Assembly (NCBI GenBank): GCA_001563335.1
Contig: LRSL01000109.1
Location: forward strand, 32,001 to 96,000
Reading direction: 5' to 3'
Length of the DNA stretch: 64,000 bases
Origin: Candidatus Thorarchaeota archaeon SMTZ1-45
GTDB taxonomy: Archaea; Asgardarchaeota; Thorarchaeia; Thorarchaeales; Thorarchaeaceae
The translations under genes were made by a program, and so were the position numbers. The first letter of the stretch is position 1; each line of letters starts with the position of its first letter. The notes under the pieces are model-generated. The model made no database searches and was not told where the DNA came from. It saw nothing but the letters and a program-made list of their open reading frames with translations. Positions 19,801 to 27,643 of the stretch are shown piece by piece.

Positions 19801-20289
19801 TTCTGGGAACTCAGTCAGTTCGACAGCCCCAACCAGACAATCCTTTTTGATCACTCTCTGAGAGATTGCGATTCCAACACTTTGGGGAATGCTTGGGCTT
19901 TCTGGAGGTGATGATGGCACCCTTTGACCATACCACAGCAAGAGTAATGCGGTCACAATTCCAGCAATCATTATGGTTTCAAAGGGGTAGAGGAGTGCGA
20001 TCTGGATGAGAAGCAGGACTCCTCCGACAATGATCGCACCAATTGTGATGACGAATCCACTCAGCCAGAGAATAATTTTGTACTTTGATATCTGTGAAAA
20101 TGCAAGTGTACAAGATCCCAGAAAAAAAATGACACCTGAGAGGAGAAAAGCTTGGAGTTTTAGTTGGGCAGGTCCAAAGGGTACTATCGTTAATAACCAA
20201 AGGCTGATGTATGATGGCAGGAGAGTTGCCATTAAGACTAAACAGAGCTTTGTGATGACTGATCCAGCCCCAGACTTCTCTTCTGACAT
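16801..20289 (-). CDS. Membrane-anchored HerA/FtsK/VirB4-like P-loop ATPase
   Basis: About 4 N-terminal TM helices; Walker A GGDIGNGKT; Walker B YNVVIEESH; ESRSAGVGFTL; LPVGEAVI; GGAGG RBS. Confidence 0.85.
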   Translation of the reverse strand: MSEEKSGAGSVITKLCLVLMATLLPSYISLWLLTIVPFGPAQLKLQAFLLSGVIFFLGSCTLAFSQISKYKIILWLSGFVITIGAIIVGGVLLLIQIALLYPFETIMIAGIVTALLLLWYGQRVPSSPPESPSIPQSVGIAISQRVIKKDCLVGAVELTEFPEEHLLNKDPDQSKYQPLFNILRVMVLSNFPVGLRYERVRNKMRVLYLTWARKDAELSESLETLADTVKGNLSGFKRKVHARFYAPTISPFATSVTTYLLGEPLTVDDPRQRIDAITVMMEVLLGLQNGIVQFWAIPKRSSNRAVQSLGKQYKTESERAQLTISKPRSILLSGEVQESKTRTDMEAVKKAESLQIQIDRLSNSHLCEVEVSATCWDRDAAIAEKYSRKLAGVLRGTLIPADPQNHLSIETQKSPQEANRLIEGEIVGRTTLLSLEEASVYFSLARNDLGISVADHASFRTNPTTRRGDQKERNKTNGIRLGKVLDDSGTPADDFVIPTNDLTSHSVIGGDIGNGKTVTESNITLELYRLGINFTKLLLSKNEDHLRFLRKVKDILVLTPGDETVTPVRFSLSEFCEGMHVNSVINDMKAIIIAAMPAHGIIKEYMELVIELTFERLGWDRETNTPGLAIVLSDFLETLPLIKEEVQYSTRGNEDVWGALYIRFNKLCSSALNSVFGTTSGITMKELTKKPSLILLYALSKDEQSFFVFWFVSRVARYFEAKKKTEKVYKKGLKYNVVIEESHRILKVETGVKVDEEHGAKQAAVETITTTMKESRSAGVGFTLIAPGFSELTSSAYTIALNIIMHGRGTGSDRKLIGDQMNCTEDQIRMMGSLPVGEAVIRTASISRPVRVRVNDIVVLHPELALGKPVTDEEIIQHMSPFFTQNPHFQTKSAHALKSLKSGELSLRLATIKIDIPRALRLYTMLDSAFFKKVLKTLIETKKSRLGALITRNIARLAGPDDTHVSFDAHHLIWCISKMKEFNPSFLGKIVEELKLLLSLSELPSNHLERYHSRLNSELEWRVSSFKHDAKVTASDVMSAVRMALDEIKKLQSTDQSDNHGVEPDGELEEKVRSIVCTNQFVSRYQPLAQMAADGNYEPLVLLLTTFSRMIAGDGFDITEVVILLLNEARATLDSPVNDALWAAVHDMVQSEINNSGSEVAA

Positions 20290-20572
20290 GAATGACCTCC
20301 AACCTAGTTACTTGTACTCGTTTATCATCTCATATTTAGAAGATAGAAGACATTTCAGCGTTCGGTGGAATATAATTAAGGAATTATAGGGAAGAATTGC
20401 TGCTCTATGTGTTTTAGAATCATCCCGATTGCTAAATTTCGATTATGGGGTTTTATTTTATAAGAAAAAGGCTTATTCCGTGTATTTGATATATGCCAAG
20501 GTCCAAAAGTGCATATTAAAGGTCGGTTTTTCACAGTTTTTCATGTGGTTCGAGCATCTGTCATAAAAAAGG

Positions 20573-20815
20573 GTGAGTGAGAGAGCTAGATTGATTAGGT
20601 TTCATGCAGGTGAGTTCCTAGTTGAGGCATACCAGATGGTAGGAATACATGAAACAGGTGACGAACTCCTAGAGATCTTACAGAAGAATGGGCATCATAA
20701 GACAAAGAAACTTGTTAAGGAACTTCAGTGGGGGTTAGATCGTATCCCCTGTTGGGTGCTCGTCTATACTGTATATCAAAAGCTGGATCAGGAGGCAACT
20801 CAGAAGAAAGTTTGA
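20573..20815 (+). pseudogene. Probable truncated element gene whose frame runs into the antisense strand of the hutU remnant
   Basis: The first ~50 codons look protein-like; from ~20720 the frame overlaps the antisense hutU fragment. Confidence 0.35.
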
Positions 20816-20846
20816 TTGTCATTGCCTTGCTAATATCGAAACTCAT
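20715..20846 (-). pseudogene. hutU: Truncated second hutU 5' end (43 codons), probably the original host start
   Basis: MSFDISKAMTIKLSSELPPDPAFDIQYRRAPNRGYDL is 24/34 identical to the copy at 13153; both copies have GGATGTG upstream. Confidence 0.88.
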
Positions 20847-20923
20847 GGAAACACATCCATTGGTTGTATTTTCTATGAGTACTCCCTTCATAAAAGACTC
20901 GCTAGACAAAATGCTGAGGAGTA

Positions 20924-21268
20924 TTATGAGGGAGGTATGAGCACTTTGAATAAGCTATCTTGGGGTAAATCATCAATATCTAGAGAAGCAGTCCACAGAC
21001 CATCTTGTGACATGACTCCTATTGTTAATCCTTCATCATCAAGTCGAAGCAGATACTCAAGATGTTTGATGAGATTATTAATGGATTGTTTAACGTCTTT
21101 TCGAGTGTTAGGACATGGTTGCCTCGGAAGAGACACCTCAACTTCAATTCTCCAATTTTCTGAGGTTTCAGCATCACGAACAGTGAGAATTCGAACCCAA
21201 TCACTCTGATATAGCACTAATGCGGACTCTTCATTCTCGCTCAAAGACAGCTTGTTCAATGCAAGCAT
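20924..21268 (-). CDS. Hypothetical protein
   Basis: Downstream part of the 173-aa ORF; start moved to ATG 21268 to avoid overlap with the HTH gene. Confidence 0.65.
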   Translation of the reverse strand: MLALNKLSLSENEESALVLYQSDWVRILTVRDAETSENWRIEVEVSLPRQPCPNTRKDVKQSINNLIKHLEYLLRLDDEGLTIGVMSQDGLWTASLDIDDLPQDSLFKVLIPPS

Positions 21269-21326
21269 ACACTTTGATTTCAACTCAGAATAAGTCAGCA
21301 ATAGATAATCACTCCAAGTAAGGATT

Positions 21327-21587
21327 CTACCTAACAATCGAGCCATATTTGGCAAAGATTGCCCTTGCCTTTTCTTGGTTGACAACATAGAGTGTACTCC
21401 GCATGTCACCAAGATTGGGAATTTTTTCACAAAGGTCTGAACCAACCAAGCGGTCTAACGCAAAAGTTACTGTACGAAGTGGAACATTTGCTTCCTTGCT
21501 AATTACTCTTGGAGGTAGAGGACCTCTGGTTGTTAAATGCTGTAGAACACGAAGTGCACTTTTTGGTAATCTTATCAAGTGTCGCAA
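21327..21587 (-). CDS. Small winged-helix (MarR/ArsR-like) DNA-binding protein
   Basis: GPLPPRVISKEANVPLRTVTFALDRL...IPNLGDMR. Confidence 0.8.
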   Translation of the reverse strand: MRHLIRLPKSALRVLQHLTTRGPLPPRVISKEANVPLRTVTFALDRLVGSDLCEKIPNLGDMRSTLYVVNQEKARAIFAKYGSIVR

Positions 21588-21798
21588 AGATGATCACCAC
21601 CATAATGTACAATTGAAATTCTGGTTTTGTATTCATGTCACGTCCTTAGTTCAGAATTCGACATAATTGGCTCAGTTTGACTGTAGTTTTATGAAGCGAT
21701 AGCTTCCGAAATGGAACACATGGAAGATGGCCTAAGACATTGTGTTTTTTAGGTGAAATTGGAGGTTTCTACAATGGTTTGCTAGAGGTTTGTAACTA

Positions 21799-22929
21799 AT
21801 GAGTAGTGTCTGGACCAAGGCTAGGAAGAACACACCAGAGATTGATTGTGGTCTATGTGGTTTCACTACCTGTGGAGCTTTTGCACGATCAGTTGTCGTT
21901 GGAAGCGTGGAGATATCAGCTTGTCCTATTCTCGGTCTAGAGCGCTTTAGAGTAGAGAGAGAGGAGCTAAAAACCCTTTCAAGAGATGTGAAAAATACCG
22001 AAAAACCAGCTCCTGAGCAACCAGAAAGAGGTGTTCTTCTTTCAAAGCCTTGTACAGATTCTCCAGATCTACTCATGGCAGAGATGAGGATCTTCAATGG
22101 AGTATCTCCAGGAGATCCAATGAAATACGGAGTCCTTGATCCTTCAATACTCTGCTGGTTTTTAGACTGTGTTTCATCAAGATATGAAGACATGCGCTGT
22201 AGTAAAGAGCTTGCTTATGCATGGGGAAATATGGAGGAAATCAAAGTTCACATACTTAGAGATGGTCGAGTGAGAATGCGTAGAGCAAGAGGAGCGGATC
22301 ATGCGCTTGACTCGTTCAAAATTATCGAACGCACAGTTATGGGTGCGATAATTTGTAACTGTTGTGGGCAGGATCTTCTATCAGTTCTAGCTGGTCTTGT
22401 AAAGTCAACAGAAGAATATCATACCGTACTTAGAGCCGGGAGTACAGTGTTCCTGAACCGAGAGTTTGTTCAATGGATACCAAGCAATCAAATTCCAGAT
22501 ATAAAACCGGTTGCAGAGATGAGTAATCTGATTGATGAGCTCTACTCAGACATGACAAAGCGTGTTGATCAATTGATATCAGGAAACTATTCGAATGAAA
22601 GAACAAACGAAACACGCAGCAAGATATGCAAAATCATAAGTCTAATGGTCGATCCTCTAATGCGAGGAAACGAAACCATATTCCTAAGAGGGTTGGCACT
22701 TGCCTTCTTCATAGATAATGCGGTCATTGGTCTGAATTCTTTACATCAGCTATCAACTGAAGGACAGGTTGATCAAAAGTACGTTGTCAAACTCATGAGA
22801 ATAACAAAGAATTTGGATATGCAAGAGTATAAACCTGATACAATGAATGGCTCAGAGATTCTTGCATTTGCACACTGTAATAGAGTTGGTAGAGCATTCC
22901 AACTCTATGATAAATGGAAGAGAAATTGA
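21799..22929 (+). CDS. Fe-S cluster-binding protein with N-terminal putative Fe-S domain
   Basis: DCGLCGFTTCGAFA...CP motif, as in RnfB/AcsC N-terminal domains; also ICNCCG. Confidence 0.75.
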   Translation: MSSVWTKARKNTPEIDCGLCGFTTCGAFARSVVVGSVEISACPILGLERFRVEREELKTLSRDVKNTEKPAPEQPERGVLLSKPCTDSPDLLMAEMRIFNGVSPGDPMKYGVLDPSILCWFLDCVSSRYEDMRCSKELAYAWGNMEEIKVHILRDGRVRMRRARGADHALDSFKIIERTVMGAIICNCCGQDLLSVLAGLVKSTEEYHTVLRAGSTVFLNREFVQWIPSNQIPDIKPVAEMSNLIDELYSDMTKRVDQLISGNYSNERTNETRSKICKIISLMVDPLMRGNETIFLRGLALAFFIDNAVIGLNSLHQLSTEGQVDQKYVVKLMRITKNLDMQEYKPDTMNGSEILAFAHCNRVGRAFQLYDKWKRN

Positions 22930-22930
22930 A

Positions 22931-23233
22931 TTACATCATTTTGTGCCAAGCCATGGGTGGAATGCTTGACACATATGGGGTGTCTTTGTATCTCTCCAAC
23001 AGACTCCTTGCTTGATCCATATTCACATGGTATTTTGGTCGACGCATATCATGCAGGTTTGGAATTCGACGCAGAATCTTCTTGCTCAATAATTGCTTGA
23101 GTGCAAAACTAACAGTACGGGGAGCCATATCTAATTTGACACTGAGTTCCTTTGGACACATGGGCCCATCAATAATCAACGCACTCAAGATTGTGAAGGT
23201 GCTTCGGGGAGTTCTACCAGCTCTTATCGCCAC
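22931..23233 (-). CDS. Small winged-helix DNA-binding protein, paralog of 21327-21587
   Basis: GPMCPKELSVKLDMAPRTVSFALKQL...IPNLHDMR. Confidence 0.8.
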   Translation of the reverse strand: MAIRAGRTPRSTFTILSALIIDGPMCPKELSVKLDMAPRTVSFALKQLLSKKILRRIPNLHDMRRPKYHVNMDQARSLLERYKDTPYVSSIPPMAWHKMM

Positions 23234-23434
23234 CTTTCAGTTCCTCCAAGATTCTTTTCAACATTTTTGAGTTATAGAATTAGAATATCTATTTGTGTGA
23301 AATCAATGGGTTTGAAATATACAGGACAACCTATGAAAGGAGCTAAAAACCGAAACAACTGTTGCGGATTTGAGACGTAAAGTGTAGGATTGAGATTCTC
23401 CTAAAACATATCAGGAACGTTGTAGCAATTAGCA

Positions 23435-23803
23435 GTGGTGCATGGATTGGCAGGGATTGTGTTCTTCAAAACAACGATGCTCCAAGAAATAGTTGAATTC
23501 TATGTGAGCGATGTGGGAATGTATGTGTGGTTAGAGCAAGAGGATTGCATCATTCTTAGTCATGGAAATCTTCTCCTGGGATTCTGCCATCGTGAGTCTT
23601 CAGATGTGGAGGGATTAATTACATTCTTTTATCCCACAAGAGAGGATGTTGACGCAATGTATGAAATGCTAAGCTATATCGCCACCTCTCAACCCGTGGA
23701 GAATGAGAAGTATCAGATTTACCAGTTCTTCGCTCAAGATCCAGAAGGAAGAATATTAGAGTTTCAGACGTTCTTGCATCCAATTGAACCAATTGGTTTC
23801 TAA
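23435..23803 (+). CDS. VOC/glyoxalase family protein
   Basis: C-terminal FFAQDPEGRILEF. Confidence 0.85.
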   Translation: MVHGLAGIVFFKTTMLQEIVEFYVSDVGMYVWLEQEDCIILSHGNLLLGFCHRESSDVEGLITFFYPTREDVDAMYEMLSYIATSQPVENEKYQIYQFFAQDPEGRILEFQTFLHPIEPIGF

Positions 23804-23841
23804 GCTTCAATATTAAACTTCAAAAAAGGACTGAACCATTA

Positions 23842-23867
23842 GAGCATCCTAAGTAGATAGGATGTTC
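23842..23867. terminator. Hairpin between convergent genes
   Basis: GAGCATCCTA-N6-TAGGATGTTC inverted repeat. Confidence 0.4.
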
Positions 23868-23997
23868 GTATTCTCTCATTATGTCAATCCTCATCGAATC
23901 TACTAATTGTAGTTACTCTTTGTTTAGTGATCATCCAACTCCCTAAGAGGACGAACTCAAGTTGTTTATGCATTTTGTTAGAGTATGTGGCTGAAAA

Positions 23998-24570
23998 TCA
24001 AATGGCAACGAGGGTACTGCTCTCTGCCGACCACCCAAGTTCCTTTGCAGTTTTGAATGCTTCACTAGACTCAGAATATTTTCCTAAAATCCATAGTAAA
24101 AGTCGAAGTTTATTCCAGAGATCAGGATTCTTGCTGTCAGCCTTTATTTCAGCACGTACACTCTTCTCGAGTTTTTTATACCGCTTTTTCTCTTCACGCC
24201 TAGATTCGTCTGCTCTCTTGAGAACCTCCTGAATCTGTTCGCTTAGAATTCCAATAGGATGTGTTAGGAATTCCTCAGGTCTATCACGCATGAATGTGTT
24301 GATTGCAGATTTAGGCGTATCCTTTACTCGCCATAATTCTGCGGTGAGTAATTGATTTTCATAATCGTACTGCATGAATTCCATCAAAGCCATCAAATTC
24401 TTGGTTACAAGATGGTCATCCCCAAGAGTCTTCTTGCACCAATCTAGCTCTCGATATACAAGCTCAGACCCAACATCATAGAGAACGCTAGGAGTAGCAT
24501 CAAGCTTCTTCAAATCGTTCATTAGGTCTTTTATTGTGTATAATTTTCTATCAGGCAATTTAGGAGACAC
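23998..24570 (-). CDS. Hypothetical protein with C-terminal TPR-like helix pair
   Basis: NPDLWNKLRLLLWILGKYSESSEAFKTA. Confidence 0.7.
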   Translation of the reverse strand: MSPKLPDRKLYTIKDLMNDLKKLDATPSVLYDVGSELVYRELDWCKKTLGDDHLVTKNLMALMEFMQYDYENQLLTAELWRVKDTPKSAINTFMRDRPEEFLTHPIGILSEQIQEVLKRADESRREEKKRYKKLEKSVRAEIKADSKNPDLWNKLRLLLWILGKYSESSEAFKTAKELGWSAESSTLVAI

Positions 24571-24657
24571 TGCAGCGTCACCACCAATAATGTTTCGTAA
24601 ATGTAATTAATAGTTGATAAATTAACTCAGCGTGTAGCTCCAAAATGAACCAATGAG

Positions 24658-26010
24658 TTATTCAGAGATTCGTTTGACATACATTTCAATATCGAACTTC
24701 CTTCTGAGACCATTAGCATTCATATACCGTACTTTACCAAAGATTTCTCGCTCTTTCCAAGCTCGGTCATGTTTTCCAAAACACCAAGCTATACCTGCGT
24801 AACCATTTGAGTCTCGACCATCAAGTTCGTATTTGTCATTCAGAGTGATACAAGTATTGTAAGCCTCCTCAGGAGAGTCGCTCCACTCAATGATCTTCTT
24901 GCCCCAGTACATCCTCATGTATCCATGCATCTTTCCGTATACGGTCATTTCCTTCTGAGCAGCATTCCAGTAGGAGTCATGAGTTTTCGCTCTTTCCAAA
25001 TCATTAAGTTTGTAAGTATACTCTCGTAGGTCCATTGAATGCAGATCTAGAGTTTCCTTTGCCCAATTCGGGAGACATTCTATGTTATCATAATTCTCGT
25101 TGAAGAAGACGAAGTTCATACTCAGTTCCCTTCGGACTATTAGTTCCTCAAGATAGCTCTCTGAGCCAGGGCTATTTGAGTTCAAGATTTCAAGAGCTAT
25201 TTCCAATGGAGAGATTTGTCCAAAATGGAGAAAAGGACTCATATTTGAAAGACGGTCCTCGGCAGGGTCATTCCGCAACGTTTCAAAAACGACTAAGTCA
25301 TTGCATATGAAGTTTCTCAATAGTTGTCTTGCAGAGGTTAGCCCGCCTTGGAACCGAATCTTCTGAGGTTTCTGATTCTTAATTCGAAGTTTCATTAGCA
25401 CATCTTCAACATCTGTGAATTGAATACCATCAAGACCAATGTCCTCATAGACATTTTTGACTCGTCGTTTTTGTAAGGGCGTCAAGTATTTGTCAAGAAC
25501 CTTACTTATTTTTGGACGAATCGTTCCTGCTGAATATTCTTCTTTTTGGGATACTGTTTCAATTGGAACAATCACATTCGACTCAACCTGTATTAGAGGA
25601 CACTCAAGCGATTGAGCCACTTTCCGCCGCCAGTTTCTCTGATTCTGTTGATAGTCTCTATCAACTACAACCAATGATGCATCTGTACTAAGGGACGGGA
25701 TGATCTTCTTCGGGTCCCCATGATGAATTGCGAAACCAATTCCTCTTTTTTTCAACGATTCTTTTACCTCATATAGACCCTGAAGCATGAATCGATAATG
25801 TGAGATGTTGGCACGGGGATAGTTATCAACTAGGCAAAATACAGCTAAGAGCGGTTGATTGTATTTGTTTGACTGCTCAATGGCATATTCTAAAGCATGA
25901 TTGAATTCAGTCCTCTGAGATGACTGCATCCAATAAAGGACATAATTCCCGGTCTTTACCGCATTGGAGTTTAAGAAGCGAATCCGGTCTTTATTGATCA
26001 ATTCAGGCAC
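24658..26010 (-). CDS. phrB: Class II CPD DNA photolyase
   Basis: VLYWM, SNMSPFLHFGQIS, EELIVRRELS, MHGYMRMYWGKKI and DGRD. Confidence 0.95.
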   Translation of the reverse strand: MPELINKDRIRFLNSNAVKTGNYVLYWMQSSQRTEFNHALEYAIEQSNKYNQPLLAVFCLVDNYPRANISHYRFMLQGLYEVKESLKKRGIGFAIHHGDPKKIIPSLSTDASLVVVDRDYQQNQRNWRRKVAQSLECPLIQVESNVIVPIETVSQKEEYSAGTIRPKISKVLDKYLTPLQKRRVKNVYEDIGLDGIQFTDVEDVLMKLRIKNQKPQKIRFQGGLTSARQLLRNFICNDLVVFETLRNDPAEDRLSNMSPFLHFGQISPLEIALEILNSNSPGSESYLEELIVRRELSMNFVFFNENYDNIECLPNWAKETLDLHSMDLREYTYKLNDLERAKTHDSYWNAAQKEMTVYGKMHGYMRMYWGKKIIEWSDSPEEAYNTCITLNDKYELDGRDSNGYAGIAWCFGKHDRAWKEREIFGKVRYMNANGLRRKFDIEMYVKRISE

Positions 26011-26046
26011 TCTCTTTAAAATAGACCTTTTGAAGAATTAGTTCTT

Positions 26047-26862
26047 CTAGAAAGGTATTTCCCAAAGCATCCATGGTGGCAGTGGTATAAAGAATCTCAC
26101 ATAAACAACAAAAACTAGTACAAACAGTGAAATCATGACAACTGCCCACTCACGTCTTCTGAATTTAAGGACAGTCATGTAAGTTCTATTCTCACTAAAG
26201 CCAAATCCTCTGGATTCCATACTCTCTGCAATTGATAATGCTCTTCTGATTGACACAATTATCAATGGAACGATAATGGGCACAATGTTGCGAATTCGCT
26301 TGAGTAGATTTCCTTTGTCAAGCTCTACTCCTCTCGCTTTCTGAGCGTCCATTATTGCATAGGCTTCTTGTCCAAGCGTTGGAACATATCTCATCGCCAT
26401 ACTCATTGCGAAAGCGAACTCAAATCTAACACGCATCTGAATCAATGCTTGTGAAAGCTCATCAGGATGTACAGTCAGAAAGAAGACCGAAAATGAAGTC
26501 ATCAAAGCTACAAGTCGAAGAGTCAGTGCTATCGAGTGCGAGAAAGGATTAGGCTGAGTAGATAACAAAGTATTGAATATGATGATGAAAATAAGCAAAA
26601 TGGATAACCCTCTCATGCTACGAGTCCATCTGCCAATTGATTTTGCAGCAGCAATGATAGGAATTAGAAACGAGAATATGATTAGGAGCGGTATTATCGA
26701 TAGGAATAGAAGTGACACCACTGCAAGCACAATAGACAAGAACAGCTTTGCACGGGGGTCTAATCTGTGAATCACAGAGTCTTGACGAGTATATTGAAAG
26801 ATTTCAAGGAATGACAGTTTATATACCTCCCAAGATTTTGACCACGATCTCTTCGAGGTCAT
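26047..26862 (-). CDS. ecfT: ECF transporter transmembrane component T (possible CTG start at 26817)
   Basis: LDPRAKL, AQKARG and MESRGF motifs. Confidence 0.92.
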   Translation of the reverse strand: MTSKRSWSKSWEVYKLSFLEIFQYTRQDSVIHRLDPRAKLFLSIVLAVVSLLFLSIIPLLIIFSFLIPIIAAAKSIGRWTRSMRGLSILLIFIIIFNTLLSTQPNPFSHSIALTLRLVALMTSFSVFFLTVHPDELSQALIQMRVRFEFAFAMSMAMRYVPTLGQEAYAIMDAQKARGVELDKGNLLKRIRNIVPIIVPLIIVSIRRALSIAESMESRGFGFSENRTYMTVLKFRRREWAVVMISLFVLVFVVYVRFFIPLPPWMLWEIPF

Positions 26863-27643
26863 CCATTAGCGTTAATCTTTCTGGAACATCTGGAAACACA
26901 TTATGCAGACATCTGGCGGTTTCTGTTAGCTGCGGTCTCGTAAGAGAGCACATCTCAATTACTTCATTATTACTTAGAACTGAGTTTGTAGGACCATCAG
27001 CTATTATTCTCCCATTGGCCATCGCAACAGTGCGAGGAAAGTTTTCAATAACAAACTCGATATCATGAGTGACTACAATAACTGCTTTGCCTTTCTCATT
27101 AAGCTCATTCAACATCATAGCAAGGGTCTCTTTTTGTCTTGCATCTTGCCCAATCGTGGGTTCATCAAGTGATAGAACTCTTGGTTGTGTGGCAAGTACT
27201 GAAGCAAGAGCTACTCGCTTTCGTTCGCCCCCAGACAACGTGAATGGAGACCGATCTGAGAGAGCTTCGAGGCCCAGATGATTTAGTGTCTGTTTACATC
27301 GTATCTTAGATTCTTCTTTTGAATATCCGAGGTTCTCCAGACTAAATAAGACCTCACGTTCTACACTGTCTAGGAAGAGTTGGTGGTCAGGGTTTTGCAT
27401 CACAAGCCCAATCTCACGAGCAAGTTCTGCGACAGAGTAGTGTTTTGTATCTACACCATCTAAGATTACACGACCCTTATCAGGACGAAGCAGACCATTT
27501 AGATGCTTCACTAATGTGGTTTTTCCAGCACCATTACTTCCCATTATTGCAACACTTTCACCTTCATCAATTTGGAGAGAGACTCCACGAAGTGCTGTGT
27601 ATAAGCCATCATAAGCAAAATGCACATCTTCCAGGATTATCAT
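26819..27643 (-). CDS. ecfA2: ECF transporter ATPase
   Basis: GSNGAGKTT, QNPDHQ, LSGGE and LDEPT; start at ATG 27643. Confidence 0.92.
   Translation of the reverse strand: MIILEDVHFAYDGLYTALRGVSLQIDEGESVAIMGSNGAGKTTLVKHLNGLLRPDKGRVILDGVDTKHYSVAELAREIGLVMQNPDHQLFLDSVEREVLFSLENLGYSKEESKIRCKQTLNHLGLEALSDRSPFTLSGGERKRVALASVLATQPRVLSLDEPTIGQDARQKETLAMMLNELNEKGKAVIVVTHDIEFVIENFPRTVAMANGRIIADGPTNSVLSNNEVIEMCSLTRPQLTETARCLHNVFPDVPERLTLMDDLEEIVVKILGGI

Larger units (their letters stand above)
12747..20714. mobile_element. Putative integrated/homing element inside hutU carrying a replacement hutU 5' end (boundaries approximate, distal end probably deleted)
   Basis: Lies between two diverged hutU 5' copies, encodes an ATPase and a LAGLIDADG protein, and shows strong GC anomalies; no integrase seen. 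Confidence 0.65.

Noticed and set aside
20714-20722. TTCCTTAAC at the remnant breakpoint resembles TTCCTAAAC inside the 31-nt insertion
   Set aside because: An 8/9 match in AT-rich DNA is too short to call a terminal repeat.
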